A stretch of DNA of 64,000 bases, from positions 16,007 to 80,006 of the forward strand of contig JAFVUD010000005.1 of the NCBI GenBank assembly GCA_017502865.1, written 5' to 3'. This document shows, in pieces, positions 28,402 to 36,563 of this stretch. This DNA is from Alphaproteobacteria bacterium. Lineage in GTDB: Bacteria; Pseudomonadota; Alphaproteobacteria; Rs-D84. The notes beneath the pieces are model-generated. The model saw only the letters and a list, made by a program, of their open reading frames with translations, had not been told where the DNA came from and searched no databases. Each line of letters begins with the position of its first letter. Position 1 is the stretch's first letter. The translations under genes and the position numbers were made by a program.

Positions 28402-29335
28402 TTTTTAACCTTGATAAGTACCAGAACATAAAACGCTTTTTGCGTGATAAAAACTGTCTTGGAATCATCTGGGCACATTTTAATATTGTCGCCCGTGCCG
28501 CATCCAGGTTTGCCTTTAATGCACGTGGTTTTACAATGCATTCACGAATAATATATTCTGTTATTGCGTTATAAAATATCTGCCAAAACCCGGGGTCATA
28601 GTTTGGAAATTGTTTTTCCGCAATTTCCAGCAGGGCCGGGAAGTAGTCAAAATAATCCTGGCACGGTGTTCGCATAGAAACAGAATTAAAATGTTTGCGG
28701 TGATACACAACTGGCATTGGAATATCGGCCATATATTTAGCCTTGTGTGCGATTTCCAGCATAAACCCAATGTCTTCGCCAATTGCATTTAATTTTGTGT
28801 TAAAACGTGTATCGCCAATCATGCTGCGTTTGTATATTCTACGCCACAGCCAGAACCAACTTTGTGCACGTGTTGAACGTGTCATATAGATACCTGGGTT
28901 AATATACGGTTGAAATCCAACCGGCACAAATGCTGCGTTGTCTGATTTTACAAAATGAAATGTTTCTTCGACTGCGTGTGCCATACCGCTGACCATGTCT
29001 GCATCGGTCATTTTTGCGGTAATATATAATGTTTCCAGGGCGGTTTGGGCATACACGTCATCTGCGTCCAGGAATGCAATATAATCGCCTGTTGCCGCAT
29101 CTAAACCGGCATTACGTACAAACGCAATACCACTGTGTTTCGGCATTTGTATTAATTTAAACCGCGAATCTTGATTAACGAATGAATTAATAACGTCAAC
29201 AGAATTATCTACACTGGCATCATCAATAACAATACATTCCCAGTCCCGGAACGTTTGATGCTGTACAGAACTTAACGCATCTGTCAAAAAATTAGCATAG
29301 TTAAAATTCGGTACAATAATTGATATTTTTGGCAT
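28394..29335 (-). CDS. Family-2 glycosyltransferase
   Basis: ISIIVPNFN, IDDASVDNS and LDADD motifs. It overlaps the GT8 gene by 8 nt. Confidence 0.85.
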   Translation of the reverse strand: MPKISIIVPNFNYANFLTDALSSVQHQTFRDWECIVIDDASVDNSVDVINSFVNQDSRFKLIQMPKHSGIAFVRNAGLDAATGDYIAFLDADDVYAQTALETLYITAKMTDADMVSGMAHAVEETFHFVKSDNAAFVPVGFQPYINPGIYMTRSTRAQSWFWLWRRIYKRSMIGDTRFNTKLNAIGEDIGFMLEIAHKAKYMADIPMPVVYHRKHFNSVSMRTPCQDYFDYFPALLEIAEKQFPNYDPGFWQIFYNAITEYIIRECIVKPRALKANLDAARATILKCAQMIPRQFLSRKKRFMFWYLSRLKNA

Positions 29336-29337
29336 AT

Positions 29338-29970
29338 TTATATCTCAAAGAAACACATATCCACAGTGTATGTTCCTCGGGCATCTTTCAACTCTCCGGA
29401 AACATAACAACGTTCCACAGATGCAGATCCAACCTTTGCACATCCTTGGGTCAATCCTGTCAGTGACGAACCACCACTGCCGTACAGCGGGCATGCTGTG
29501 CACGTGGAACTGGTGCCATCATACCAGTAGTTTTTCGCACATCCCGCCTTGCAGTCGGTTTTTTTATGGTAAGTATATTCGGAATCGCATTGTGTGTACG
29601 CACCCGTGCAATCCGCACAACCCGAACCGGTAAAGTATTCGTTGCCTGTGCAACCATATTCCAATATGCTGCAACCATACAAATTCAATCCCCAGACACT
29701 GTCGTATGACACAATAACCCCAGAATAAGTTCCGCTGGGCAATACTGTGCACACCCCGTCTGAACATGTATTAGTAGCATGGTTGGAACCACAGTATTCA
29801 CCAGTCGCGGCCTTGCAGCAAAAAAATGAAAAATCACTGCCTATAAAATGAACAGAGTGTGCGCCATAGATTTTTCCATATCCAGTTGTCGCCGCCTGTG
29901 TGGTTTTAGTGTTGAACGCACAAACGAAAAATCCAAACAGCGAATATAAAATTTTGTGAACTAATTTCAT
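29338..29970 (-). CDS. Secreted cysteine-rich protein (about 210 aa)
   Basis: ATG at 29970 preceded by GGAGAG. Signal peptide MKLVHKILYSLFGFFVCAFNTKTTQA. About 20 Cys, with C..C spacing like the giant protein. It lies 2 nt upstream of the GT2 gene. Confidence 0.6.
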   Translation of the reverse strand: MKLVHKILYSLFGFFVCAFNTKTTQAATTGYGKIYGAHSVHFIGSDFSFFCCKAATGEYCGSNHATNTCSDGVCTVLPSGTYSGVIVSYDSVWGLNLYGCSILEYGCTGNEYFTGSGCADCTGAYTQCDSEYTYHKKTDCKAGCAKNYWYDGTSSTCTACPLYGSGGSSLTGLTQGCAKVGSASVERCYVSGELKDARGTYTVDMCFFEI

Positions 29971-30029
29971 GTTCTTTTCTCTCCAGTTGTCGTCCAATTA
30001 TACAAATATCTGCTCAACCTGTCAACCGC

Positions 30030-31101
30030 TTACGCCCGCTGCAATGATGCCAACATAAAGTCGTCCAGGTCACCATCTAAAACCGCCGCAGAATCCGTTT
30101 TTTCAACGTTTGTTCGCACGTCTTTGACCAATTGATATGGATACAGGACATAGTTTCTAATCTGGCTGCCCCATTCGATTTTCTTCTGCTGGGCCAGGGC
30201 GGCGTTTTCTTCTTCGGCACGCTTTTGCATTTCTAATTCATACAACTTGCTTCGCAGCATCTTCATCGCCATTTCACGATTTTGAATCTGGCTACGTTCA
30301 TTTTGGCATGTCACAACTGTATTCGTTGGAATGTGGGTGATACGAACCGCACTGTCGGTTTTGTTGACGTGCTGGCCCCCGGCACCCGATGAACGATACG
30401 TATCGATTCTTAAATCTTTTTCATTAATTTCAATTTCAATCGTGTCATCAATATCCGGCCATACGTCCACAGATGCAAAACTGGTCTGGCGTTTTCCGTT
30501 TGCGTTAAATGGTGAAATACGCACCAATCTGTGTACGCCAATTTCATTTTTCAGCCACCCATACGCACGGTCGCCCGATATGCGATATGTGATATTTTTG
30601 ATGCCTGCTGTGTCGCCTTCATGTTCTTCGATAACTTCTATGGCAAAGCCATGACGTTCCGCCCATCGTGAATACATGCGTGACATCATTTGTGCCCAAT
30701 CTTGTGCTTCTGTCCCACCGGCACCCGCCTGAATAAATAAAAATGCACCATTATTATCTGCTGGTTCCCGGAACAGGGTGATAAACTTTGCCCGATGTGC
30801 ATCGGCCTGTAATGCCTCTATCCCGGCGATAACGTCTGGGTCGTCTGGGGCGATTTCATACAATTCTTTCAGGTTGTTGTATTCCGCTTCTAAATGCAGT
30901 AATTCGTTCAGTGTTTTTTCTAAACCGGACTTTTTTTGCAAAATTGCCCGTGCATTGTCTGGATTGTCCCACAGATTTGGGTCGTTGACCTGGACATCTA
31001 ATTCATTAATTTGTGATTTTAATTTTTCGGGGTCAAAGAAACCCCCTGACGGCGGCAATGTCGTCTGCAATTTGTGGTAATGTAGTATAATCAATTGTCA
31101 T
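30030..31101 (-). CDS. prfB: Peptide chain release factor 2, with programmed +1 frameshift
   Basis: Frame 0 is ATG 31101 ...GTC AGG GGG TTT CTT TGA C, with the TGA at 31035..31033. The +1 frame continues from GAC at 31034 as DPEKLKSQINELD... and contains the SPF and GGQ motifs (SGAGGQHVN). Confidence 0.95.
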
Positions 31102-31220
31102 GATTTATATCATATCATCAAAAAATGCCAACGCAACGAATTTGTCGCATCTGTATATTAAAACAGTGATTGCGTTTTTTTTATAGTTATGATAAAATCA
31201 CCATAACGAGAGGGATTGTA

Positions 31221-32471
31221 ATGAATAAAATTCTAAAGTTTTTCGGTGTTTTTGCGGTTTGTTGTGGCGTAATGCCTGCGTTCGCAGTGTCGGCTGGGAC
31301 GGTAAATGCGGCCAACGGTGCAAATAATGCCCGTGGTTTGGCGTTGTATAACACATCTACCGAAGGGGCTCGTGGCTATCAGGGCCAGGCCAATGCGTAC
31401 AAGGCGAACCAGCGAAATACATACTATATGGTCACCCAGCAAAGTGTCGATACAGCCTGTCGTGAAAAAATTTATGCGTGTTTGACCGAATATTGTGGCG
31501 ATGTCACTGTTGTGCCTGGCCAGCGTTCATCAAAATGCCAATATGCAACCGAAAGTGAACTGTATAATTACACAATGCTGTGCCTGCAAAAAGATACGTC
31601 TGTCTTGATGGCACAATATGACACCAACCTGCGTCACAGCCCGGGTGCAATGAATACTGCGGCCCGCCTGTGCCCACCATACGTTCAACAGGAATTAATG
31701 TCGTATCTGTCCATGGCAAATATGGCAGACCAGTTGTCAAAATCCCATTCTGATTTGTGTCTGCAACGTCGCCAGGAATTAGAAGCCGCCATGGCGTGCC
31801 ATTCTGTTGCGTTGGCGTACGGCAACGAAACATCCAGCATGTTGAATAATCAATTGACAGACTATTGTGGTGCCGGTGTCCCCGGGGGCAGTACAGAAAT
31901 GGTCACACGCTTTGCCAATGCTGGCAATGTCGGGGCCAGTGTTTGGGGCTGGGCCGAAAAAATCGTCAGCCTGGATTTGAACAAGAAAGCCGCCGACTGG
32001 CAGGCCGCCGTTGATGCGGTCTTGGCGGGTTATACAAATCGTATGAATTTGGCGTGTGGCGATGATTTGAAATTGAACACCGTTTCACATCCAACAAACA
32101 ACGAACCATCTACATTGCAGACGGTTGCTGCATTGGCGGTTGGTGCCGCATTCCCTACAACAAACCAGGTTGTTGAAAACCCATATGAATCTTGGTCTAT
32201 TTATATGGAGGTTCAATCTCGTTCCGAACTGTGGGATTATAAAACCGCACACCAGGTTGTAAATGCGGGCCTGAACCCAGGTAATGTGTTCGCCGAAAAC
32301 GCATTTTTAACCAGTGCCCAAATGGACGATATGCAAACTGCCTATAAACGTGGGACCAAGGCATTTGTTATCCGTGACAGTGCACGTTGCTATGTAATTC
32401 CTGTGGCTGAATTATCTGCAACCGAACGGTCATTGATGGCCCAGTCATTCGCAAATTGCATCAGCCAGTAA
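31221..32471 (+). CDS. Secreted protein of unknown function (about 417 aa)
   Basis: ATG at 31221 preceded by GAGAGGGA. Signal peptide MNKILKFFGVFAVCCGVMPAFA. Several paired Cys. No family was recognised. Confidence 0.55.
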   Translation: MNKILKFFGVFAVCCGVMPAFAVSAGTVNAANGANNARGLALYNTSTEGARGYQGQANAYKANQRNTYYMVTQQSVDTACREKIYACLTEYCGDVTVVPGQRSSKCQYATESELYNYTMLCLQKDTSVLMAQYDTNLRHSPGAMNTAARLCPPYVQQELMSYLSMANMADQLSKSHSDLCLQRRQELEAAMACHSVALAYGNETSSMLNNQLTDYCGAGVPGGSTEMVTRFANAGNVGASVWGWAEKIVSLDLNKKAADWQAAVDAVLAGYTNRMNLACGDDLKLNTVSHPTNNEPSTLQTVAALAVGAAFPTTNQVVENPYESWSIYMEVQSRSELWDYKTAHQVVNAGLNPGNVFAENAFLTSAQMDDMQTAYKRGTKAFVIRDSARCYVIPVAELSATERSLMAQSFANCISQ

Positions 32472-32490
32472 TGGTGTTGCTATAACAAAT

Positions 32491-32519
32491 AAAAATCCCG
32501 CCAAAATGGCGGGTTTTTC
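32491..32519. terminator. Bidirectional terminator between convergent genes
   Basis: CCCGCC-AAAAT-GGCGGG flanked by an A-run and a T-run. Confidence 0.8.
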
Positions 32520-33401
32520 TTATGGATGAATATGTTTTGTTCCAACATTTATTCCAAACAAATAATATCTTACCTTTTTGGTCAAATATTCTTTGCGATA
32601 AACAGAAATATTAAACATTTTTAATGTTTCAATATGATATGGTGTTTCTGGTGCTGTGATAATTTCACGTGCATTATGTTCGTCCATAAATTTCCAGTAT
32701 CTTTCACGTGCTGCGATTGCTTCTGGCTTTTCAGCGGCGGCACGCAGTTTTTTCTTGGATTTGCCCAATGCAGTAATTGTGTTCACGACATTATAACGTG
32801 CCCCTGGTACAGTTGCGACCGTGTTCGCCAATACAATGGCCGGTTTTGTAAAATATAAATCCTGGGCACCAAAGATTGCTGGTTCAAAACGCAGTTTTGT
32901 TCTGTCCAAGAATTCTTTTTTATACACATAACGCCACGCAGGGTTAAATTTGTTCGCACGTGTTGTCAAAACCTTGTCGGCCAATTCATGGCAGATTTCA
33001 ATTTTATCAAACACTGGGAAACTGTATTCTGGCTGATTAACTTCGCCACACAAAATATCTGCATTCGTTAAGACGGCGGCATTTGCCATCTTTTCAAAAT
33101 AGTCTAAATTTACAAAATCATCGTGATCGTGGAAATGAATCCATTCACCACTGGCTGCGTCCATGCCTGTATTTGATGCGACCGATGGACCGGCGTTTTT
33201 CTGTTTAACAATCTTGATGCGTTTGTCTGTCTTGGCGTATTTTTCGCACAATTTTACTGTGCCGTCTTTGCTGCCATCGTCGACCAAAATAATTTCCAGA
33301 TTTTGATACGTCTGGCAAATCAAGTGCATCAGGCACTTTTCAATAAACTTTTCCGCATTATACATTGGTACAACAACAGAAATCAGTGGGGTTTTATTCA
33401 T
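32520..33401 (-). CDS. Family-2 glycosyltransferase
   Basis: ISVVVPMYN, VDDGSKDGT and HDHDD motifs. Confidence 0.85.
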   Translation of the reverse strand: MNKTPLISVVVPMYNAEKFIEKCLMHLICQTYQNLEIILVDDGSKDGTVKLCEKYAKTDKRIKIVKQKNAGPSVASNTGMDAASGEWIHFHDHDDFVNLDYFEKMANAAVLTNADILCGEVNQPEYSFPVFDKIEICHELADKVLTTRANKFNPAWRYVYKKEFLDRTKLRFEPAIFGAQDLYFTKPAIVLANTVATVPGARYNVVNTITALGKSKKKLRAAAEKPEAIAARERYWKFMDEHNAREIITAPETPYHIETLKMFNISVYRKEYLTKKVRYYLFGINVGTKHIHP

Positions 33402-33474
33402 GTTCTTTGAACTCCTGTGTGTAAATTCTAGAATATTTTTTTAATAAACGCAACACGTATTCGTACAAAGGTGC

Positions 33475-33503
33475 TTGAACATAAATGTGAATTCTGGTAT
33501 AAT
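33475..33503 (+). promoter_or_regulatory. Consensus sigma70 promoter (TTGAAC-17-TATAAT) 9 nt upstream of the amiC ATG
   Basis: TTGAAC at 33475..80, TATAAT at 33498..503, and the ATG at 33513. There is no SD in between. Confidence 0.65.
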
Positions 33504-33512
33504 TTTCACATT

Positions 33513-34709
33513 ATGAAAATATCACGTCGTGGCTTTCTAAAAGTATCTGGGATTGGGATTTTGGCGGTTTTGTCGGCCCCCCGTGTCGCGTTTGCTGCCC
33601 GTAATTCCTTGCGGTCTTTGCGAACTGGTGTTCAGCCTGGTAATAAAACCCGTCTGGTAATTGAAACGTCTGCCCGTCCAACATATTCATTGTCGTATCC
33701 GGCCAATCAATTGGTCGTGTCCTTGTCGAATACCGCTGCCAATACGGGCATAACTGCGAATTTAGCATCCAGTGGTCTGGTAAAATCATTGGCCCAGGCC
33801 CAAAATGGCGACACACTTCAGGTTATTGCAAATTTGAAATCTGGTATTGCCCCAATTCAAAAATCGGGCATAATGATTTTAGAACCAAACGGCGATAATG
33901 ATTATCGTCTGGTATTGGATTTTGTTGCGGGTTCTGGTGCGGCGGCTGCTTCATCTGCAACTGCGACCACAGCCACGGCAAAAACAGAAACTAAACAGGC
34001 CACCCAACCGGCAAAACCGGCCACGCCTGCGAAAAAATATATTATCGTTGTTGATGCCGGCCACGGTGGCAAAGATCCCGGCTGCATTGGCAAGGGCGGA
34101 ACCCGTGAAAAAGACGTTGTGCTGTCTGTCGCCAAAAAATTAAAAACAAAACTGGATGCCAATGGTTTCAAAACCTATTTAACACGCAGTGGGGACACGT
34201 ACCTGAAATTGGCCCAACGTGCCGAAATCGCCGAACAGAAAAAAGCAGACCTGTTCATATCCTTGCACGCCAACGCCAACCCCAGCCGTAAAATGAAGGG
34301 CTTTTCTATCTATACCTTGTCGGAAAAGGCATCTGACGAAGAAGCAAAAAAACTGGCCGAGGCTGAAAACGCCGCCGACAAAATCGGGGTCGAAGGATTC
34401 ACCGAATTCGAAGAAAATATCCGTATTGCATTGTCGTCACTTCAACAGCATGCCGTTGCGGAAATGAGTGAAGAATACGCCAACGGTTGTGCCAAATCGT
34501 TCAAGAAATTATCTATTGAACAGCAACCCGGTCCCGATGTTCGCCATGCACCGTTTGCGGTTTTGCGTTCAACTGTGCCGGGTGCGTTGTTGGAATTGGG
34601 GCACCTGTCCAACGCCAGCGAAGAAAAATTGCTGAAATCATCCAGTCACCAGGATAAATTAGTCAACGCAATTGTAAAATCCATAAAAAATTATAACTTT
34701 GATGTCTAA
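33513..34709 (+). CDS. amiC: N-acetylmuramoyl-L-alanine amidase (AmiC-like) with Tat signal and AMIN domain
   Basis: MKISRRGFLKVSGIGILAV is a twin-arginine signal. Ala/Thr/Lys-rich linker. Amidase_3 motifs VVDAGHGGKDPG and SLHANA. Confidence 0.9.
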   Translation: MKISRRGFLKVSGIGILAVLSAPRVAFAARNSLRSLRTGVQPGNKTRLVIETSARPTYSLSYPANQLVVSLSNTAANTGITANLASSGLVKSLAQAQNGDTLQVIANLKSGIAPIQKSGIMILEPNGDNDYRLVLDFVAGSGAAAASSATATTATAKTETKQATQPAKPATPAKKYIIVVDAGHGGKDPGCIGKGGTREKDVVLSVAKKLKTKLDANGFKTYLTRSGDTYLKLAQRAEIAEQKKADLFISLHANANPSRKMKGFSIYTLSEKASDEEAKKLAEAENAADKIGVEGFTEFEENIRIALSSLQQHAVAEMSEEYANGCAKSFKKLSIEQQPGPDVRHAPFAVLRSTVPGALLELGHLSNASEEKLLKSSSHQDKLVNAIVKSIKNYNFDV

Positions 34710-34761
34710 AACAAAAAACACCCAAACGGGTGTTTTAATTTCTGGCGGAGACGAAGGGATT
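34704..34761 (-). repeat. Direct repeat of the tRNA-Ser(CGA) 3' end plus its terminator (distal copy)
   Basis: A ~58-nt near-identical copy of 34830..34887. In minus sense it reads AATCCCTTCGTCTCCGCCAGAAATTAAAACACCCGTTTGGGTGTTTTTT... Confidence 0.9.
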
Positions 34762-34868
34762 GTAATTCCCTCCGCAGGGCGTTGGGCCCCTTTCGCCGTT
34801 GGCTCGAACCCTGGGTTCTCATCCCGTTCGTCTAAACAAAAAAACACCCAAACGGGTGTTTTAATTTC

Positions 34869-34958
34869 TGGCGGAGACGAAGGGATTCGAACCCTTGATA
34901 CCCTTGCGAGTATACACGATTTCGAGTCGCGCGCATTCGACCACTCTGCCACGTCTCC
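34869..34958 (-). tRNA. tRNA-Ser (anticodon CGA), CCA encoded
   Basis: Acceptor GGAGACG/CGTCTCC, anticodon loop CTCGAAA, long variable arm, T-arm AGGGTTCGAATCCCT. Confidence 0.95.
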
Positions 34959-35042
34959 ATGCGGGGGTATTATATATGTGCCACAAATATTTTGCAAGGG
35001 TAAATATTTGACATTTTTTCGCCTTTTGCTAAACTGTGTCCC

Positions 35043-35387
35043 ATGGAAAAAACATTTAATGAAAAAGTTTACGATATCGTTGCCCGTATCCCATCTGGAC
35101 GGGTTGCGACATTCGGTCAAATTGCCCAGATGATTGGCCGCCCACGTATGGCACGATTTGTTGGCTATGCATCTAATAATAAAAACAGTTGGCATTTACC
35201 GTGGCACCGTGTTGTGTTCAAAGACGGTTCGCTGTGTTCGGGCTTTGCGGCGGAACAGTATCGCACATTAAAGGCCGAAGGTGTCAAATTCACCCCTGAC
35301 AAGACGGTTGATATGGCACAATTCCAATGGGACCCCGACCGTGATGCGGTTCCCCTGGAATTAAAGGATTTCCCACTGGTGTTTTAA
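35043..35387 (+). CDS. Alkyltransferase-like protein (ATL; MGMT DNA-binding domain with Trp in place of the active-site Cys)
   Basis: GRVATFGQIAQMIGRPRMARFVG...LPWHRVV. The sequence reads PWHRV where PCHRV is expected. Confidence 0.8.
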   Translation: MEKTFNEKVYDIVARIPSGRVATFGQIAQMIGRPRMARFVGYASNNKNSWHLPWHRVVFKDGSLCSGFAAEQYRTLKAEGVKFTPDKTVDMAQFQWDPDRDAVPLELKDFPLVF

Positions 35388-35392
35388 CGGAT

Positions 35393-35420
35393 AAAAACGG
35401 GGCGTTGCCCCGTCTTTTAT
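35393..35420. terminator. Bidirectional terminator between convergent genes
   Basis: ACGGGGC-GTT-GCCCCGT flanked by an A-run and a T-run. Confidence 0.8.
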
Positions 35421-36139
35421 TTTGTATTTTTCTTTCGTGATTTTCCGGTCAATCTATCATAAATATCTTCTGCTTTTAATTCTTGGTATTGCATAAACCA
35501 TGCCTGCCGGGTTGATTTTTTGTTGACCTTGGTCATGTCGGCGGTTGTTTGTGGGGCGTATTTCAATACGTCTTCGCCTGGCACCCAGTCTGCCGGGATT
35601 GCAACCCGGAATGCGTCCGCAGTTTGCAGACCAACTATAATTCGCATGATTTCTGTAAAATTTCGCCCCAGTATTGGCGGATAATACAGAATTGTTCTTA
35701 TCGTGCCCTTGGTATCTATTATGAAAACGGCCCGCACTGCACTGGTATCAGAAACGTTTTCATGAACCATTCCATATAATCGTGCAATGCTCATGTTCGC
35801 ATCTGCTATGATTGGGAAAGTAATATTTATGCCCCCGTCCATTTCGCTGATTGCCCGAATCCAACCCAAATGCGAAGATATTGCCCCAATTGACATCGCA
35901 ACCAATTCCGTATTCATTTCCTGGAATTTCGCAATCAGTTCTTGGAATCGAATAAATTCAGATGTGCAAACCGGCGTAAAATCTGCGGGATGTGAAAAGA
36001 ATACAATCCATTTGCCCGAAAAATCATCTGGAAAATGAATGATGCCGTTTGTTGATTGTGCCACAAATTCCGGGGCTTTTTCGCCGATTTTCGGCATGTT
36101 CGATATATTGTCGTTGCAAAGTATGAATTGGTTGGTCAT
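35417..36139 (-). CDS. 1-Cys-type peroxiredoxin (Prx6-like)
   Basis: FFSHPADFTPVCTSEF. The ATG at 36139 is preceded by AAGGAGAATAAAC. The longer track start at 36190 was rejected. Confidence 0.9.
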   Translation of the reverse strand: MTNQFILCNDNISNMPKIGEKAPEFVAQSTNGIIHFPDDFSGKWIVFFSHPADFTPVCTSEFIRFQELIAKFQEMNTELVAMSIGAISSHLGWIRAISEMDGGINITFPIIADANMSIARLYGMVHENVSDTSAVRAVFIIDTKGTIRTILYYPPILGRNFTEIMRIIVGLQTADAFRVAIPADWVPGEDVLKYAPQTTADMTKVNKKSTRQAWFMQYQELKAEDIYDRLTGKSRKKNTK

Positions 36140-36281
36140 GTTTATTCTCCTTTGCAGAAATTGTATCATTTTGCCCATTGTGTATGGCACAGGTACCTTT
36201 TCATAAATAAAAAAACTTTATTCTTGATAAAATATGATATGATATGAATAATAGTGTGCAAAGATAAAGGATGGTAGAAAA

Positions 36282-36560
36282 ATGAAACGTTCAGACATAG
36301 TACGTTCAATTCAGGTAAAATTCAAACGCATGCGTGCAAATGATGCCGCTGCTATTTTAGACACAGTTGCAGATCACATGATTGAATCTGTTGCTAACGG
36401 CGACCGGATAGAGGTTCGCGGTTTCGGCACATTCCAACCACGTGCCCGTGCGACCAAGGTTGGCTATAATCCATGCACCGGCATGCCTATGCCATTACCG
36501 GCCAGTACGACTATCTTGTTCAAGCCCAGTCGTGAATTAACCAAAAAAATGAATGGGTAA
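36282..36560 (+). CDS. ihfB: Integration host factor beta-like / HU-family DNA-binding protein
   Basis: 92 aa. GDRIEVRGFGTF...NPCTG...FKPSRELTKKM matches the IHF-beta arm and body pattern. Confidence 0.8.
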   Translation: MKRSDIVRSIQVKFKRMRANDAAAILDTVADHMIESVANGDRIEVRGFGTFQPRARATKVGYNPCTGMPMPLPASTTILFKPSRELTKKMNG

Positions 36561-36563
36561 AAT

